Of a stretch of DNA of 33,991 bases, positions 1 through 10,897 are shown one piece after another (position 1 is the first letter of the stretch; the number at the start of each line of letters is the position of its first letter). The notes beneath the pieces are model-generated. The model was not told the DNA's origin, did no database searches, and saw nothing but the letters and a program-made list of their open reading frames with translations. The stretch lies in the sequence record SRR2962707_3118, one strand, 5' to 3'. Position numbers and translations under genes: made by a program.

Positions 1-1
1 G

Positions 2-2374
2 GTCGAGTATCACGACAAGGAAAGCTTTACGATCTGGGTGAAATTCCGTGTAGCCAGCTTTGATCTGCCCGATGTGGAACTGTCCGACGAAGAAGCAACG
101 GACCAAGATCGCGAGGCCGTGGCCGATGCGGTGGCACATGCCTATGACGATATGGTCGGTGCCCACGTGGTGATCTGGACCACGACGCCCTGGACCATCC
201 CGTCGAACAAGGCCGTCGTCTACGGCGCCGGGTTCGATTACGGCCTTTACGAGGTTGTGGACACGCCGGAACAAAGCTGGGTCAGCACGGGTGATCGTTA
301 TATCCTCGCCGACAAGCTGGCGGCACAGACCTTTGCGAAGGCGCGGCTTGAGGAAGGCCAGTGGCGGCGTGTCCGCACCGTGACGCAGGCTCAGCTGGCT
401 GGCATGACCCTGACCCACCCTCTGCACGGTGCCGAGGGTGCGAACGGCGAATGGGACGTTGCCCGTGACTTCCGCGCCGCCGATTTCGTCACCGACGAAG
501 AAGGCACCGGGTTCGTGCACTGCGCGCCTTCCCACGGGATGGAAGAATACGAGCTTTATCGCGACCTCGGCATGCTGGAACAGGTCATCACCTACAACGT
601 GATGGACGACGGCTCCTTCCGCGAAAGCCTGCCTTTCTTTGGTGGCAAGCGAATCCTCAAGCCGAACGGCAAGGAAGGCGACGCCAACGCCGCTGTCATC
701 GATAAGCTGGTCGAAGTCGGCGGCCTGATGGCACGCGGCAAGATCAAGCATTCCTACCCACACAGCTGGCGCTCGAAGGCACCCGTCATCTACCGCAACA
801 CGCCGCAGTGGTTCGCCGCCATCGACCGCCCCGTCGGCGATGGGCAGGACACCTATGGCACGACGATCCGCGAACGTGCGCTGACATCGATCGACCAACT
901 GGTCACCTGGACACCGCAGACCGGGCGCAACCGGCTCTATTCGATGATTGAGGCACGCCCTGATTGGGTTCTGTCGCGCCAGCGCGCCTGGGGTGTGCCA
1001 CTGACCTGCTTTACCCGCAAGGGCGCGCTGCCCACAGATGACGATTTCCTGCTGCGCGACGCGGCTGTCAACGCCCGCGTGCTGGAAGCGTTCGAGGTCG
1101 AGGGCGCGGATGCCTGGTACAAGCCCGGTGCCAAGGAACGGTTCCTCGGCAACGACTATGACTCTGCCGAATGGGAACAGGTGTTCGACATCCTTGATGT
1201 GTGGTTTGATTCCGGATCGACCCACGCGTTTGTTCTGCGGGACCGGGCTGACGGCTCTGACGACGGGCTGGCGGACCTCTACCTCGAAGGAACGGACCAG
1301 CATCGGGGATGGTTCCATTCATCCATGCTGCAAAGCTGTGGCACGCAGGGGCGCGCGCCCTATCGCGGCGTGCTGACCCATGGGTTTACGCTGGATGAAA
1401 AGGGCAACAAAATGTCCAAATCCGTGGGCAACACTGTCGCCCCGGACAAGGTCGTGCAGCAATACGGCGCGGATATCCTGCGGCTTTGGGTGGCGCAGGC
1501 TGATTACACCGCCGATCTGCGCATCGGGCAAGAGATCCTCAAGGGTACGGCGGACGGCTACCGGCGGTTGCGCAATACCATGCGGTTCTTGCTGGGAGCG
1601 CTGTCGTCGTTCGAGGAATCGGACCGGGTCGCGGTGTCCGAGATGCCGGAACTGGAACGCTGGGTGCTGCATCGCCTGGCCGAACTGGATGAAAAGGTGC
1701 GCACCGGCTATGTCGCCTATGATTTCCAGGGCGTGTTTCAGGCGCTGTTCAACTTTGCCACTGTGGAGCTGTCGGCATTCTACTTCGACGTCCGCAAGGA
1801 TGTACTCTACTGTGACGGCGATACGCCGCGCCGCCGCGCCGCGCGTACGGTGATGGACATCCTGTTCCACAGGCTGACCACATGGCTCGCCCCGGTGCTG
1901 GTCTTCACGATGGAGGAAGTCTGGCTGGAGCGGTTCCCGGGCGAGGAATCATCGGTGCATCTGATCGATATGCCGGAAACTCCGTCCGATTGGCTTGATC
2001 CGGGGCTTGGGGCCAAATGGGCCAAGGTGCGCCGTGCCCGTCGCGCCGTGACGGCCGCGCTTGAGGTTCAGCGGACCGAAAAGGTCATCGGTGCCTCGCT
2101 TGAGGCCGCGCCGGTGGTGCATGTAGAGGATGCCGATACGTTGGCGGCGCTGAAGTCCGTCGCCTTTGAAGACGTCTGCATCACCTCTGACGTCACGCTG
2201 ACCGCCGACCCCAGCCCGGCAGAGGCCTTTCGCCTGACCGACGTAGGCGGTATCGGCGTTGTGTTCGAACCAGCACAGGGCGACAAATGCCAGCGCTGCT
2301 GGAAAATTCTGCCGGACGTGGGCACGCACGCACACCCCGGAACCTGCGCACGCTGCAACATAGCCTTGGGTTAG
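2..2374 (+). CDS. ileS: Isoleucine--tRNA ligase (type 1), 5'-truncated by window edge
   Basis: Frame is open from base 2 (VEYHDKESFTIWVKF...). Motifs IWTTTPWT, GTGFVH, DWVLSRQRAWG, EGTDQHRGWF, KMSKS and C-terminal Zn ligands CQRC/CARC. Confidence 0.98.
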   Translation, partial: VEYHDKESFTIWVKFRVASFDLPDVELSDEEATDQDREAVADAVAHAYDDMVGAHVVIWTTTPWTIPSNKAVVYGAGFDYGLYEVVDTPEQSWVSTGDRYILADKLAAQTFAKARLEEGQWRRVRTVTQAQLAGMTLTHPLHGAEGANGEWDVARDFRAADFVTDEEGTGFVHCAPSHGMEEYELYRDLGMLEQVITYNVMDDGSFRESLPFFGGKRILKPNGKEGDANAAVIDKLVEVGGLMARGKIKHSYPHSWRSKAPVIYRNTPQWFAAIDRPVGDGQDTYGTTIRERALTSIDQLVTWTPQTGRNRLYSMIEARPDWVLSRQRAWGVPLTCFTRKGALPTDDDFLLRDAAVNARVLEAFEVEGADAWYKPGAKERFLGNDYDSAEWEQVFDILDVWFDSGSTHAFVLRDRADGSDDGLADLYLEGTDQHRGWFHSSMLQSCGTQGRAPYRGVLTHGFTLDEKGNKMSKSVGNTVAPDKVVQQYGADILRLWVAQADYTADLRIGQEILKGTADGYRRLRNTMRFLLGALSSFEESDRVAVSEMPELERWVLHRLAELDEKVRTGYVAYDFQGVFQALFNFATVELSAFYFDVRKDVLYCDGDTPRRRAARTVMDILFHRLTTWLAPVLVFTMEEVWLERFPGEESSVHLIDMPETPSDWLDPGLGAKWAKVRRARRAVTAALEVQRTEKVIGASLEAAPVVHVEDADTLAALKSVAFEDVCITSDVTLTADPSPAEAFRLTDVGGIGVVFEPAQGDKCQRCWKILPDVGTHAHPGTCARCNIALG

Positions 2375-2384
2375 GACCAAACCA

Positions 2385-2416
2385 CAGGCACCGGACTTAT
2401 CGGCGTCCGGTGCCTG
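2385..2416 (+). terminator. Stem-loop downstream of ileS (possible terminator or stabiliser)
   Basis: CAGGCACCGGAC-ttatcggc-GTCCGGTGCCTG is a perfect 12-bp stem 10 nt after the stop codon, but has no clear U-tract. Confidence 0.5.
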
Positions 2417-2516
2417 GGTTCGGTCGATGGCGGGAGCGATCCCGGCGATCGGAATAACGCAGACCTGCGCGGCGGTCGGGCTGGACAGTCCTGCACGATA
2501 TCGCGCAGTCTGCGGC

Positions 2517-2969
2517 ATGCTGCACCTGACCCTGCCATCGCCCCTTGGACCACTGACCGTAACGGAATCGGACGGCGCCATCACGGCGCTGACCTGGGCC
2601 AGCGGGGGTGCGGACGAAACCCCGCTGCTGCGCGCTGCGGCCCGTCAGGTCACCGCCTATTTCGAGGATTGTGAGACCAGATTCGATCTGCCGCTAAGCG
2701 TTGCCGGATCGGATTTTCAACGTGCGGTATGTGCCGCAATCGCAGCAATCCCACCCGGCGAAACCCGCACCTATGGGGACATCGCCGGAGATATCGGGGC
2801 ACCGCCACAGGCCGTCGGTCAGGCCTGCGGCGGCAATCCCATCCCGATCCTCATTCCCTGCCATCGGGTGCTGGGGGCGTCAGGTCTGGGCGGATTTTCC
2901 GGTGTTGGCGGGGTCGAAACAAAGGTCTGGCTGCTGAGGCACGAAAAAGCTGCAGGCCTGCTTATCTGA
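2517..2969 (+). CDS. ogt: Methylated-DNA--protein-cysteine S-methyltransferase
   Basis: SPLG N-terminal motif, GETRTYGDIA and active-site IPCHRV. Start placed at ATG 2517, where the recognisable domain begins. Confidence 0.93.
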   Translation: MLHLTLPSPLGPLTVTESDGAITALTWASGGADETPLLRAAARQVTAYFEDCETRFDLPLSVAGSDFQRAVCAAIAAIPPGETRTYGDIAGDIGAPPQAVGQACGGNPIPILIPCHRVLGASGLGGFSGVGGVETKVWLLRHEKAAGLLI

Positions 2970-3093
2970 GAGATGCGTAGGCAGGGGCATAACCCCCGGC
3001 GACTGCCGCCTGGTTCTGGGGACAGGAGAAGAAAACTGGCCCCTCTTCCGTCCCAAAATATGCCCGCCTGCGGCCAAAAATCCCGAACGTATG

Positions 3094-3927
3094 TCAGTCG
3101 CGCCGGGGGTCGCGCGGATAAGTCCCCAAGATTTCGAGCATATCGGTGAAATACTCCAGCTCCTCAAGCGCGCGTTGGACGGCAGGATCCTCAGGGTGGC
3201 CTTCGATGTCCGCATAGAACTGGGTTGCGGTAAAGGACCCGCCAGCCATGTAGGATTCGAGTTTGGTCATGTTGACGCCGTTGGTGGCAAAGCCACCCAT
3301 CGCCTTATAAAGCGCCGCCGGGATGTTGCGGACCTGAAACATGAAACTGGTGATCATGCCATGATCGCCGCGCCGCAACATGTCCGCCGCCCGCGACATG
3401 ATCAGGAAACGCGTCGTGTTGTTGCCCTGATCTTCGATATGGCGGGCCAGAACTTCAAGGCCATAGATTTCGCCGGCCAGTTCTGAGGCCAGAGCCGCGA
3501 TCGTCGCATCGCCCATTGCCGCGACATCCTTGGCCGATCCGGCCGTGTCCGCACCAGTGATACGGTCGATCCCATGTTCCGACAGGAACCGGCGACACTG
3601 ACCCAACAAAACAGTGTGGCTCATCGCCTGGCGGACCTGATCCAAGGGTGTCCCAGGCAGCGCCAAAAGGTTGATATGCACCCGGACAAAAGCTTCGTCG
3701 ATGATGTGAAGGCCGGATTGCGGCAGCAGCGAATGAATATCCGCCACGCGCCCATAGGTCGAATTTTCGACTGGAAGCATCGCCAGATCCGCCTCACCCG
3801 AGCGTACGGCTTCGATCGCGTCCTCGAAGGTACGGCAGGCCAGCGCCTCCATTTCGGGGCGCGCCTCGCGGCAGGCCTGATGGGAATAGGCGCCAAGTTC
3901 CCCCTGAAAGGCTATCCGACTGGTCAT
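3094..3927 (-). CDS. pheA: Prephenate dehydratase
   Basis: IAFQGELGAYS, LPVENS, NNTTRF and ACT domain NMTKLES. Confidence 0.96.
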   Translation of the reverse strand: MTSRIAFQGELGAYSHQACREARPEMEALACRTFEDAIEAVRSGEADLAMLPVENSTYGRVADIHSLLPQSGLHIIDEAFVRVHINLLALPGTPLDQVRQAMSHTVLLGQCRRFLSEHGIDRITGADTAGSAKDVAAMGDATIAALASELAGEIYGLEVLARHIEDQGNNTTRFLIMSRAADMLRRGDHGMITSFMFQVRNIPAALYKAMGGFATNGVNMTKLESYMAGGSFTATQFYADIEGHPEDPAVQRALEELEYFTDMLEILGTYPRDPRRD

Positions 3928-4053
3928 CTCTGCCTCACTATTTTCAATTCTATGCCCTTGGGCGTTTGGTCGCGGCTTCTACACCTTGCCAGCAAAGAGG
4001 GGAAGCCGTAGATATCGGCACCAACGGACAGACAAAAGACGGACACGCGATCA

Positions 4054-4569
4054 ATGTTTGATACAATGACCTTTACCAAAGTGCTTGGCGGCTTCTGTGG
4101 CGCGCTTCTGATCTTTCTTCTTGGCAACTGGGCCGCAGAAAGCCTGTATCATGTCGGCGGTGGCCATGGCGAAGATGCGCAAGCCTATCTGATCGAGGTT
4201 GCGGATGCCGGTACAACTAGCGACGTCGAGGTGACGAATTTCGCAACGCTGATGGCTGCGGCGGATGCGTCCAAGGGCGAAAAAGTGTTTGGCAAGTGCC
4301 GCGCCTGCCACAAGTTGGAACAGGGCGAAAACGCTACGGGCCCATACCTTTACGGTGTCGTCGGCCGCGCCATCGACACGGCCGAAGGATATGCCGGCTA
4401 CTCGGGGGCGCTGCTTCAGGTCGGGGATGCCTGGACGCCGGAAAATTTGTTCGCTTTCCTTGAAAACCCGCGCGCAGCTGCGCCCGGTACGGCCATGAGC
4501 TTTGCCGGTCTGCCCAAGGCAGAAGATCGTGTGAACCTGATCGCGTTCCTGGAGACCACCAATAAGTAA
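4054..4569 (+). CDS. Membrane-anchored class I cytochrome c (CycM/c552/cy-like)
   Basis: N-terminal transmembrane anchor, heme motif CRACH, GPYLYGVVGR and axial Met in PGTAMSF. Confidence 0.93.
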   Translation: MFDTMTFTKVLGGFCGALLIFLLGNWAAESLYHVGGGHGEDAQAYLIEVADAGTTSDVEVTNFATLMAAADASKGEKVFGKCRACHKLEQGENATGPYLYGVVGRAIDTAEGYAGYSGALLQVGDAWTPENLFAFLENPRAAAPGTAMSFAGLPKAEDRVNLIAFLETTNK

Positions 4570-4589
4570 TTGCCGGTTCCAAGATCCAC

Positions 4590-4627
4590 GAAAGGCCGCA
4601 GCCCACCGGGTATGCGGCCTTTTCTTT
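4590..4627 (+). terminator. Rho-independent terminator after the cytochrome c gene
   Basis: AAAGGCCGCA-gcccaccgggta-TGCGGCCTTT followed by TCTTT. Confidence 0.85.
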
Positions 4628-4753
4628 GTTCTGATCCCGTGCCGCAGGCAGGGTTTTGCGGTCGATTACAGAAACGTAACTTGAAAGTGGCCAACTGCGC
4701 ACCTTAGCTTAGATCATCTGGAATGACCCCATTTCCGAGTTGAAGGGATGCCA

Positions 4754-6649
4754 ATGACGACGACACAAGCCCGGGCCCTAACGCACAAGGCCCCCGCGAT
4801 CCGCCGCCTCACCCTCACCGCGCTGCTGGCGCTTGGCCTTGCTTTCGGGGCGCACAGCCTTCGCGCCCAAGAGACCGTGATAAAGGCGCATGGTGTGTCG
4901 ACCTTCGGCGATCTTAAATACCCCGAAGGGTTCAAGCATTGGGATTACGTCAACCCGGATGCACCCAAGGGCGGCGAATTCTCAACCTGGGCCTTTGGCA
5001 CTTTCGACAGCCTCACCCCCTATATCCTCAAGGGTAATGCCGCGTCGCTGTCCAGCGTGTTCTACGACAGCCTACTGACCGGCAATCTGGACGAGCCGGA
5101 TTCGATGTATGGGCTGGTCGCCGAATCACTGGAATATCCGGAAAACCGCGAATGGGTGATTTTTCACATGCGCCCCGAGGCCATGTTCCGGGATGGCACG
5201 CCGGTGACTGCGCAGGATGTGGTGTTTTCCTATAACATTCTGATCGAAAAGGGCCGCCCCAGTTTCAGGGTCAGCCTTAAGGATTTCAAATCAGTCGAAG
5301 CGCTGGATGACCACACCGTCAAGTTCACCTTTGACCCCGACGGCCCATTGCGCGAGCTGCTGATGAGCGCCGGCGGACTGCCGATCTTTTCCAAGGCCTA
5401 TTACGACACCGTCGATTTCTCGGAATCGAGCATTGAGCCGCCGATGGGATCGGGCCAGTACGAATTGCTCGACATCGATCCTGGCCGGTCAGTCGCATAT
5501 AAGCGGCGCGACGATTATTGGGCCAAGGATCTGCCGGTGAACGTGGGCCAGAACAATTTCGATGTAATCAAGATCGAATACTTTGCCGATTACACCACAG
5601 CATTCGAGGCGTTTAAGGCCGGCGCCTATACTTTCCGTGAGGAATACCAGTCCAAGATCTGGGCGACGGGCTATAATTTTCCCGCTGTAGACAAGGGCTG
5701 GGTCAAGATCGAAGAGGTGGACGACGGCCTCCCGGCCGGCACACAGGGTTTCTGGTTCAACCTGCGACGCGAGAAGTTCCAGGACCCGCGCGTGCGCGAG
5801 GCAATTGGATTGGCGTTCAACTTTGAGTGGTCCAATGAATCGCTTTTTTACGGAGCCTATGAGCGCACCGACAGTTTCTGGGAGAATTCAGATACCCTTC
5901 AGGCAAGCGGCATGCCGTCAGAGGCGGAACTGGCCCTGCTCGAACCGCTGCGCGACGTCATCCCCGAAACGGTTTTTACCGAAGAGGCCTATGTCCCGGA
6001 AACCTCTAGCTCCAGTGACCTCGCCGACCGGCGTTCGCTGCGCACAGCGGGAAAGCTGCTGGAGGATGCTGGCTGGATCGTCGGCGCGGACGGCATCCGT
6101 TACAAGGATGGGCAAAAGCTGAGTGTAACTGTGCTGAACGACAGCCCCAGCTTTGACCGGATTATCAACCCGATGATTGAAAACCTCAAACGCCTTGGTA
6201 TCGAGGCCGATGCCACCCGCGTCGATGCCGCAGAGAGTCAGGAACGTGAAAAGACCTTTGATTATGACATCGTAACCCAGCGCTTTGCCATGTCATCGAC
6301 CCCTGGCGACGAATTGCGCCAGATATTCGGGTCCGAGAATGCCGAGGTGCCCGGATCAGCCAATGTCGCCGGGCTTGCCAATCCCGCTATAGACACCTTG
6401 CTTGACAGGGTTGCCAATGCCACCAACCGCGAAGATCTGGATACTGCCGTTCACGCGCTTGACCGGGTGCTGCGGGCCATGCACATATGGATTCCGCAAT
6501 TTTACAAAGGACTGCACACCATCGCCTATTTCGATCAGTACGACCGTCCCTATACGGACACCCCGCCGCCCTTTGGCATGGGCGAGGCGTCGATCTGGTG
6601 GTACAACGCCGAAAAAGCGCAGGCGCTACGGGACGCAGGCGCACTTTAG
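4754..6649 (+). CDS. yejA: ABC transporter family 5 substrate-binding protein, YejA-like
   Basis: Signal peptide, HGVSTFGDLKYP..DYVNPDAPKGG, GTFDSL; first gene of the yej order. ATG 4754 has better SD spacing than the alternative at 4748. Confidence 0.9.
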   Translation: MTTTQARALTHKAPAIRRLTLTALLALGLAFGAHSLRAQETVIKAHGVSTFGDLKYPEGFKHWDYVNPDAPKGGEFSTWAFGTFDSLTPYILKGNAASLSSVFYDSLLTGNLDEPDSMYGLVAESLEYPENREWVIFHMRPEAMFRDGTPVTAQDVVFSYNILIEKGRPSFRVSLKDFKSVEALDDHTVKFTFDPDGPLRELLMSAGGLPIFSKAYYDTVDFSESSIEPPMGSGQYELLDIDPGRSVAYKRRDDYWAKDLPVNVGQNNFDVIKIEYFADYTTAFEAFKAGAYTFREEYQSKIWATGYNFPAVDKGWVKIEEVDDGLPAGTQGFWFNLRREKFQDPRVREAIGLAFNFEWSNESLFYGAYERTDSFWENSDTLQASGMPSEAELALLEPLRDVIPETVFTEEAYVPETSSSSDLADRRSLRTAGKLLEDAGWIVGADGIRYKDGQKLSVTVLNDSPSFDRIINPMIENLKRLGIEADATRVDAAESQEREKTFDYDIVTQRFAMSSTPGDELRQIFGSENAEVPGSANVAGLANPAIDTLLDRVANATNREDLDTAVHALDRVLRAMHIWIPQFYKGLHTIAYFDQYDRPYTDTPPPFGMGEASIWWYNAEKAQALRDAGAL

Positions 6650-6670
6650 GCAGGCAGGACCAGTACCGAC

Positions 6671-7750
6671 ATGGGCGCATATATCCTCAGACGGCTGTTG
6701 CTGATCATTCCCACATTGCTTGGGATCATGATCATGAACTTTGCCCTTATCCAGTTTGTCCCAGGCGGGCCCATCGAACAGATCCTTGCCCAGATTCAGG
6801 GCGAGGGCGATGTGTTCGCAGGGATTGCAGGCGGCGGCGGGGAAGTTGCCGCAGGCGGCGGATCCGAGGATTACATCGGCGGACGCGGATTACCGCCGGA
6901 ATTCATCGCCGATCTGGAACGGGAATTCGGGTTCGACAAGCCGCCGTTGCAACGGTTCCTCGACATGATGTGGAACTACATGCACTTCGATTTTGGCGAC
7001 AGTTACTTCCGCTCCATCTCCGTTATCGACCTCGTGCTGGAAAAGATGCCAGTATCCATCTCCTTGGGGCTGTGGTCCACCTTGATCGCCTATATCGTGT
7101 CCATCCCACTGGGCATCCGCAAGGCGGTCAAGGATGGATCAGCCTTTGATACCTGGACCTCTGGCGCGATTATCGTGGCCTATGCGATCCCCGGTTTCCT
7201 GTTCGCCATCCTGCTGCTGGTGCTATTTGCTGGTGGGTCCTATTGGCAGATCTTTCCGCTGCGCGGTCTGACGTCGGACAACTGGGACAGTCTAAGCCTG
7301 ATAGGCAAGATCGTGGATTACTTCTGGCACATCGCCCTGCCGGTGCTGGCCCTTACGATTTCGGCCTTTGCCACGCTGACGCTGCTGACAAAAAATTCGT
7401 TTTTGGACGAGATCAAGAAGCAATACGTGATGACCGCCCGCGCCAAGGGCCTGACCGAACGCCGCGTGCTTTATGGTCATATCTTCCGCAATGCCATGCT
7501 GATCGTGATCGCGGGCTTTCCGGCGGTGTTCATCGGCGTGTTCTTTTCCGGCTCTCTCATTATCGAAACGATCTTTTCTCTAGATGGTCTGGGCCGCTTG
7601 GGGTTTGAAGCAGCTGTAGCGCGCGACTATCCCGTGATCTTTGGCACGCTCTTCATCTTTGGCATCATCGGCCTTGTGGTGGGCATCCTGTCAGACCTGA
7701 TGTACGTGCTGGTCGATCCCCGCATTGACTTTGACAAGAGGGAGGGCTGA
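6671..7750 (+). CDS. yejB: Microcin C/peptide ABC transporter permease YejB
   Basis: [32 protein letters not shown] (EAA region), DPRIDF. Confidence 0.95.
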   Translation: MGAYILRRLLLIIPTLLGIMIMNFALIQFVPGGPIEQILAQIQGEGDVFAGIAGGGGEVAAGGGSEDYIGGRGLPPEFIADLEREFGFDKPPLQRFLDMMWNYMHFDFGDSYFRSISVIDLVLEKMPVSISLGLWSTLIAYIVSIPLGIRKAVKDGSAFDTWTSGAIIVAYAIPGFLFAILLLVLFAGGSYWQIFPLRGLTSDNWDSLSLIGKIVDYFWHIALPVLALTISAFATLTLLTKNSFLDEIKKQYVMTARAKGLTERRVLYGHIFRNAMLIVIAGFPAVFIGVFFSGSLIIETIFSLDGLGRLGFEAAVARDYPVIFGTLFIFGIIGLVVGILSDLMYVLVDPRIDFDKREG

Positions 7751-7753
7751 GCC

Positions 7754-8935
7754 ATGACCGCCCAACCCGGCATAATCCCTGAACCGATGCCCGGCATCCC
7801 CGTCGCGCCACAGGCCCCCACGGGTCGTTTTGCGCTGTCGCCGCTCAATCAGCGGCGCTGGCGGAACTTCAAAAAGAACCGCCGCGCGCTTTGGTCTCTG
7901 TGGATCTTTGCGGTGATCTTTGGGTTATCGCTGTTTGCCGAATTCATCGCCAACGACAAACCGATCCTCGTCAACTATCGCGGTGAGTACTACACACCGA
8001 TCTTCAATTTTTACGCCGAGACGGATTTTGGTGGCGATTTCAAAACCGAAGCCGCCTATCGCGACCCCGAAGTGCGCTGCCTGATCCGCACCGGCGGGCT
8101 TGAGGAATGTTTTGACCGCCCGGGCGATCTGATCAATGAGGTCAACAGCGGCCAAACGCCCGCCGGCGACTTCAAGGAAGGCTGGATGATCTGGCCGATC
8201 ATTCCTTATTCTTATCAGACGCCGGTGGACCGTCCCGGTGCCGCCCCCCTGCCGCCCAATGCGCAGAACTGGCTGGGCACGGATGACACCAAAAGGGACG
8301 TGGTGGCACGTGTCATTTATGGCTTCCGCCTGTCGATCCTGTTCACCCTGATCGTGACCATCTGCGCCTCGACCATTGGTGTCATCGCAGGGGCCTTGCA
8401 GGGGTTCTTTGGCGGCTGGCTTGACCTCATCTTTCAGCGGGTGATCGAAATCTGGTCCTCGACCCCTTCGCTTTACATCATCATCATCCTCTTCGCGATA
8501 TTGGGCCGCAGTTTCTGGCTGCTGGTGTTCTTGACCGTGCTCTTTGGCTGGACGTCGCTTGTCGGCGTGGTGCGCGCCGAATTCCTACGCGCCCGAAACC
8601 TTGAATACGTTCGTGCGGCGCGGGCCCTTGGCGTTTCCAACACCCGCATCATGTTCCGTCATATGTTGCCCAACGCCATGGTCGCGACGGTCACCATGCT
8701 CCCCTTTATCGTAACGGGCACGATCAGTACGCTCGCGGGGCTGGATTTCCTTGGCTTTGGCCTGCCCTCTTCGGCGCCGTCGCTGGGCGAGCTGACCTTG
8801 CAGGCAAAACAAAACCTTCAGGCGCCTTGGCTCGCTTTTACTGCCTTTACCGTGTTTGCAGTGATGCTGTCGCTGCTGGTCTTCATCTTTGAAGGCGTGC
8901 GCGATGCGTTTGACCCAAGAAAGACGTTTTCATGA
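7754..8935 (+). CDS. yejE: ABC transporter permease YejE
   Basis: LSPLNQRRW, ANDKP, WLGTDD, RAEFLRARNLEYVRAA, RDAFDPR. Confidence 0.93.
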   Translation: MTAQPGIIPEPMPGIPVAPQAPTGRFALSPLNQRRWRNFKKNRRALWSLWIFAVIFGLSLFAEFIANDKPILVNYRGEYYTPIFNFYAETDFGGDFKTEAAYRDPEVRCLIRTGGLEECFDRPGDLINEVNSGQTPAGDFKEGWMIWPIIPYSYQTPVDRPGAAPLPPNAQNWLGTDDTKRDVVARVIYGFRLSILFTLIVTICASTIGVIAGALQGFFGGWLDLIFQRVIEIWSSTPSLYIIIILFAILGRSFWLLVFLTVLFGWTSLVGVVRAEFLRARNLEYVRAARALGVSNTRIMFRHMLPNAMVATVTMLPFIVTGTISTLAGLDFLGFGLPSSAPSLGELTLQAKQNLQAPWLAFTAFTVFAVMLSLLVFIFEGVRDAFDPRKTFS

Positions 8936-10524
8936 CTGCCACACTCGAGGTCAGAAACCTCACCGTTTCGTTCCGCCAGGACGGGGCAGAAACACAGGCG
9001 GTTAGGGGCGTCAGCTTTACCGTGAACAAGGGTGAAACGGTCGCTCTGGTGGGTGAATCCGGATCCGGAAAATCCGTCACGGCCCTATCAACCGTGTCCC
9101 TGCTGGGCGACTCTGCACGGGTTGGCGGATCGGTTCTTTATGACGGGCAGGAAATGGTTGGCGCTGACAATGCGCTGCTGCGCAAGGTGCGTGGCAATGA
9201 CATTTCGTTCATCTTTCAGGAACCGATGACCTCACTCAACCCGCTGCACACGCTCGAAAAACAGCTAAGCGAGAGTCTGGCCCTGCATCAGGGACTACAG
9301 GGCAAGGCGGCGCGCGCGCGCATTATCGACCTGCTGAATCAGGTTGGCATCCGCGATCCCGAAAGCCGTCTGGGTGCCTATCCCCATCAGCTATCCGGTG
9401 GACAGCGTCAGCGTGTGATGATCGCCATGGCACTGGCAAACGGCCCGGACCTATTGATCGCGGATGAACCGACGACCGCACTCGACGTTACGATCCAGGC
9501 GCAAATTCTGGAGCTTCTGGCGGATCTCAAGACGGCGCAGAACATGAGCCTTTTGTTCATCACCCACGACCTGGGCATCGTCCGCCGCATCGCAGACCGC
9601 GTTTGCGTCATGCAGAACGGCGAGATTGTAGAAACCGGCCCGACGAACGATATCTTCAGTAACCCCCAGCATCCCTATACCCAGATGCTGCTAAGCGCGG
9701 AATCCACAGGGACGCCGGATCCCGTATCTGACACAGCCGAAGAGATCGCCAGTACCGATCACCTAAAAGTCTGGTTCCCGATCCAGCAGGGTCTGTTGAA
9801 AAAAACAGTGGGCCATGTCAAAGCGGTGAATGACGCGACGCTTTCGGTGCGTGCCGGCGAAACCATCGGAATCGTTGGTGAATCAGGTTCTGGCAAGACC
9901 ACGCTCGCCCTGGCCATCATGCGCCTGATCCAGTCGACGGGGGGCATTACCTACCGCGGCGAAGACGTGCGCAAATGGTCAACCAAGGAATTGCGACGCC
10001 TGCGTTCTGAGATCCAGATCGTGTTTCAGGATCCGTTCGGATCGCTGAGCCCTCGCATGACCTGCGAACAGATCATCGCCGAAGGTTTGGGCGTGCATGG
10101 CGCACCCGATGGCCGTTCCCACCGTGAACACGTGGCCGAGGTGATGAGCGAAGTCGGGCTCGATCCCGCCACCATGCACCGCTATCCGCACGAATTTTCC
10201 GGCGGACAGCGCCAGCGCATCGCCATCGCACGGGCCATGGTGCTGCGTCCACGTCTGGTGGTGCTTGATGAACCAACTTCGGCACTGGACATGACCGTAC
10301 AGGTGCAGATCGTGAATCTGCTGCGCGATCTGCAGCGGAAATACGACCTGGCCTATCTGTTCATCAGCCATGATCTAAAGGTCATTCGGGCGATGTCCCA
10401 CAAGGTCATCGTGATGAAACAAGGCGACGTGGTGGAACACGGCCCGGCAGCGCAGATCTACGACGCACCAAAATCCGAATACACCCGCGCCCTGATCAAG
10501 GCCGCACTTAACCCGGCAGGCTGA
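8932..10524 (+). CDS. yejF: ABC transporter dual ATPase YejF
   Basis: Two Walker A motifs ([16 protein letters not shown]), two signatures ([16 protein letters not shown]) and ATGA overlap with yejE. Confidence 0.93.
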   Translation: MTATLEVRNLTVSFRQDGAETQAVRGVSFTVNKGETVALVGESGSGKSVTALSTVSLLGDSARVGGSVLYDGQEMVGADNALLRKVRGNDISFIFQEPMTSLNPLHTLEKQLSESLALHQGLQGKAARARIIDLLNQVGIRDPESRLGAYPHQLSGGQRQRVMIAMALANGPDLLIADEPTTALDVTIQAQILELLADLKTAQNMSLLFITHDLGIVRRIADRVCVMQNGEIVETGPTNDIFSNPQHPYTQMLLSAESTGTPDPVSDTAEEIASTDHLKVWFPIQQGLLKKTVGHVKAVNDATLSVRAGETIGIVGESGSGKTTLALAIMRLIQSTGGITYRGEDVRKWSTKELRRLRSEIQIVFQDPFGSLSPRMTCEQIIAEGLGVHGAPDGRSHREHVAEVMSEVGLDPATMHRYPHEFSGGQRQRIAIARAMVLRPRLVVLDEPTSALDMTVQVQIVNLLRDLQRKYDLAYLFISHDLKVIRAMSHKVIVMKQGDVVEHGPAAQIYDAPKSEYTRALIKAALNPAG

Positions 10525-10708
10525 GCGCGTAGCCAGACAGTGAAGAACCAATTTGGAATTGCGCCTTGGCCAGAGCAAAGCCATGCTCCACCGTCAGATT
10601 CTCTTGTTTCGGGTCGGTCAATACGGTCTTGAAACCCACGGCGCACCTTCGCTGTCCCTCGCGGGGACGCAAACGATTTGCAGTAAAAATGGCCCAGAAG
10701 AAACGTTT

Positions 10709-10735
10709 GCGCGCCCCGGAGTCAGCGGAGCGCGC
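10709..10735. terminator. GC hairpin between yejF and the convergent small ORFs
   Basis: GCGCGCCCCG-gagtcag-CGGAGCGCGC. On the minus strand it lies about 25 nt after the sORF stop and is followed by AAACGTTTCTT. Confidence 0.4.
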
Positions 10736-10759
10736 GTTGCCGGAACTGAACCATCCGAC

Positions 10760-10897
10760 CTAACGCGCGGCGCGAAACCGCGGTCGTTCGATAGCGCGGA
10801 TGTCCTGCGCCCAGCGCCTGCCGTCCCTATGTCTGCGGCCCGAGCAGAGATCCAGAAGAAACGCGAGTTCGGATTGATAGACAATGGGATCAATCAC
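10760..10897 (-). CDS. Putative 45-aa Arg-rich small protein (MIDPIVYQSELAFLLDLCSGRRHRDGRRWAQDIRAIERPRFRAAR)
   Basis: Translated by hand. The GTG start overlaps the upstream sORF stop (GTGA) and is preceded by GGAGGGGG. Confidence 0.5.
   Translation of the reverse strand: MIDPIVYQSELAFLLDLCSGRRHRDGRRWAQDIRAIERPRFRAAR

Noticed and set aside
38-40. GTG at 38 as the ileS start
   Set aside because: The frame is open to the window edge and the HIGH-motif region is missing, so the gene starts upstream.
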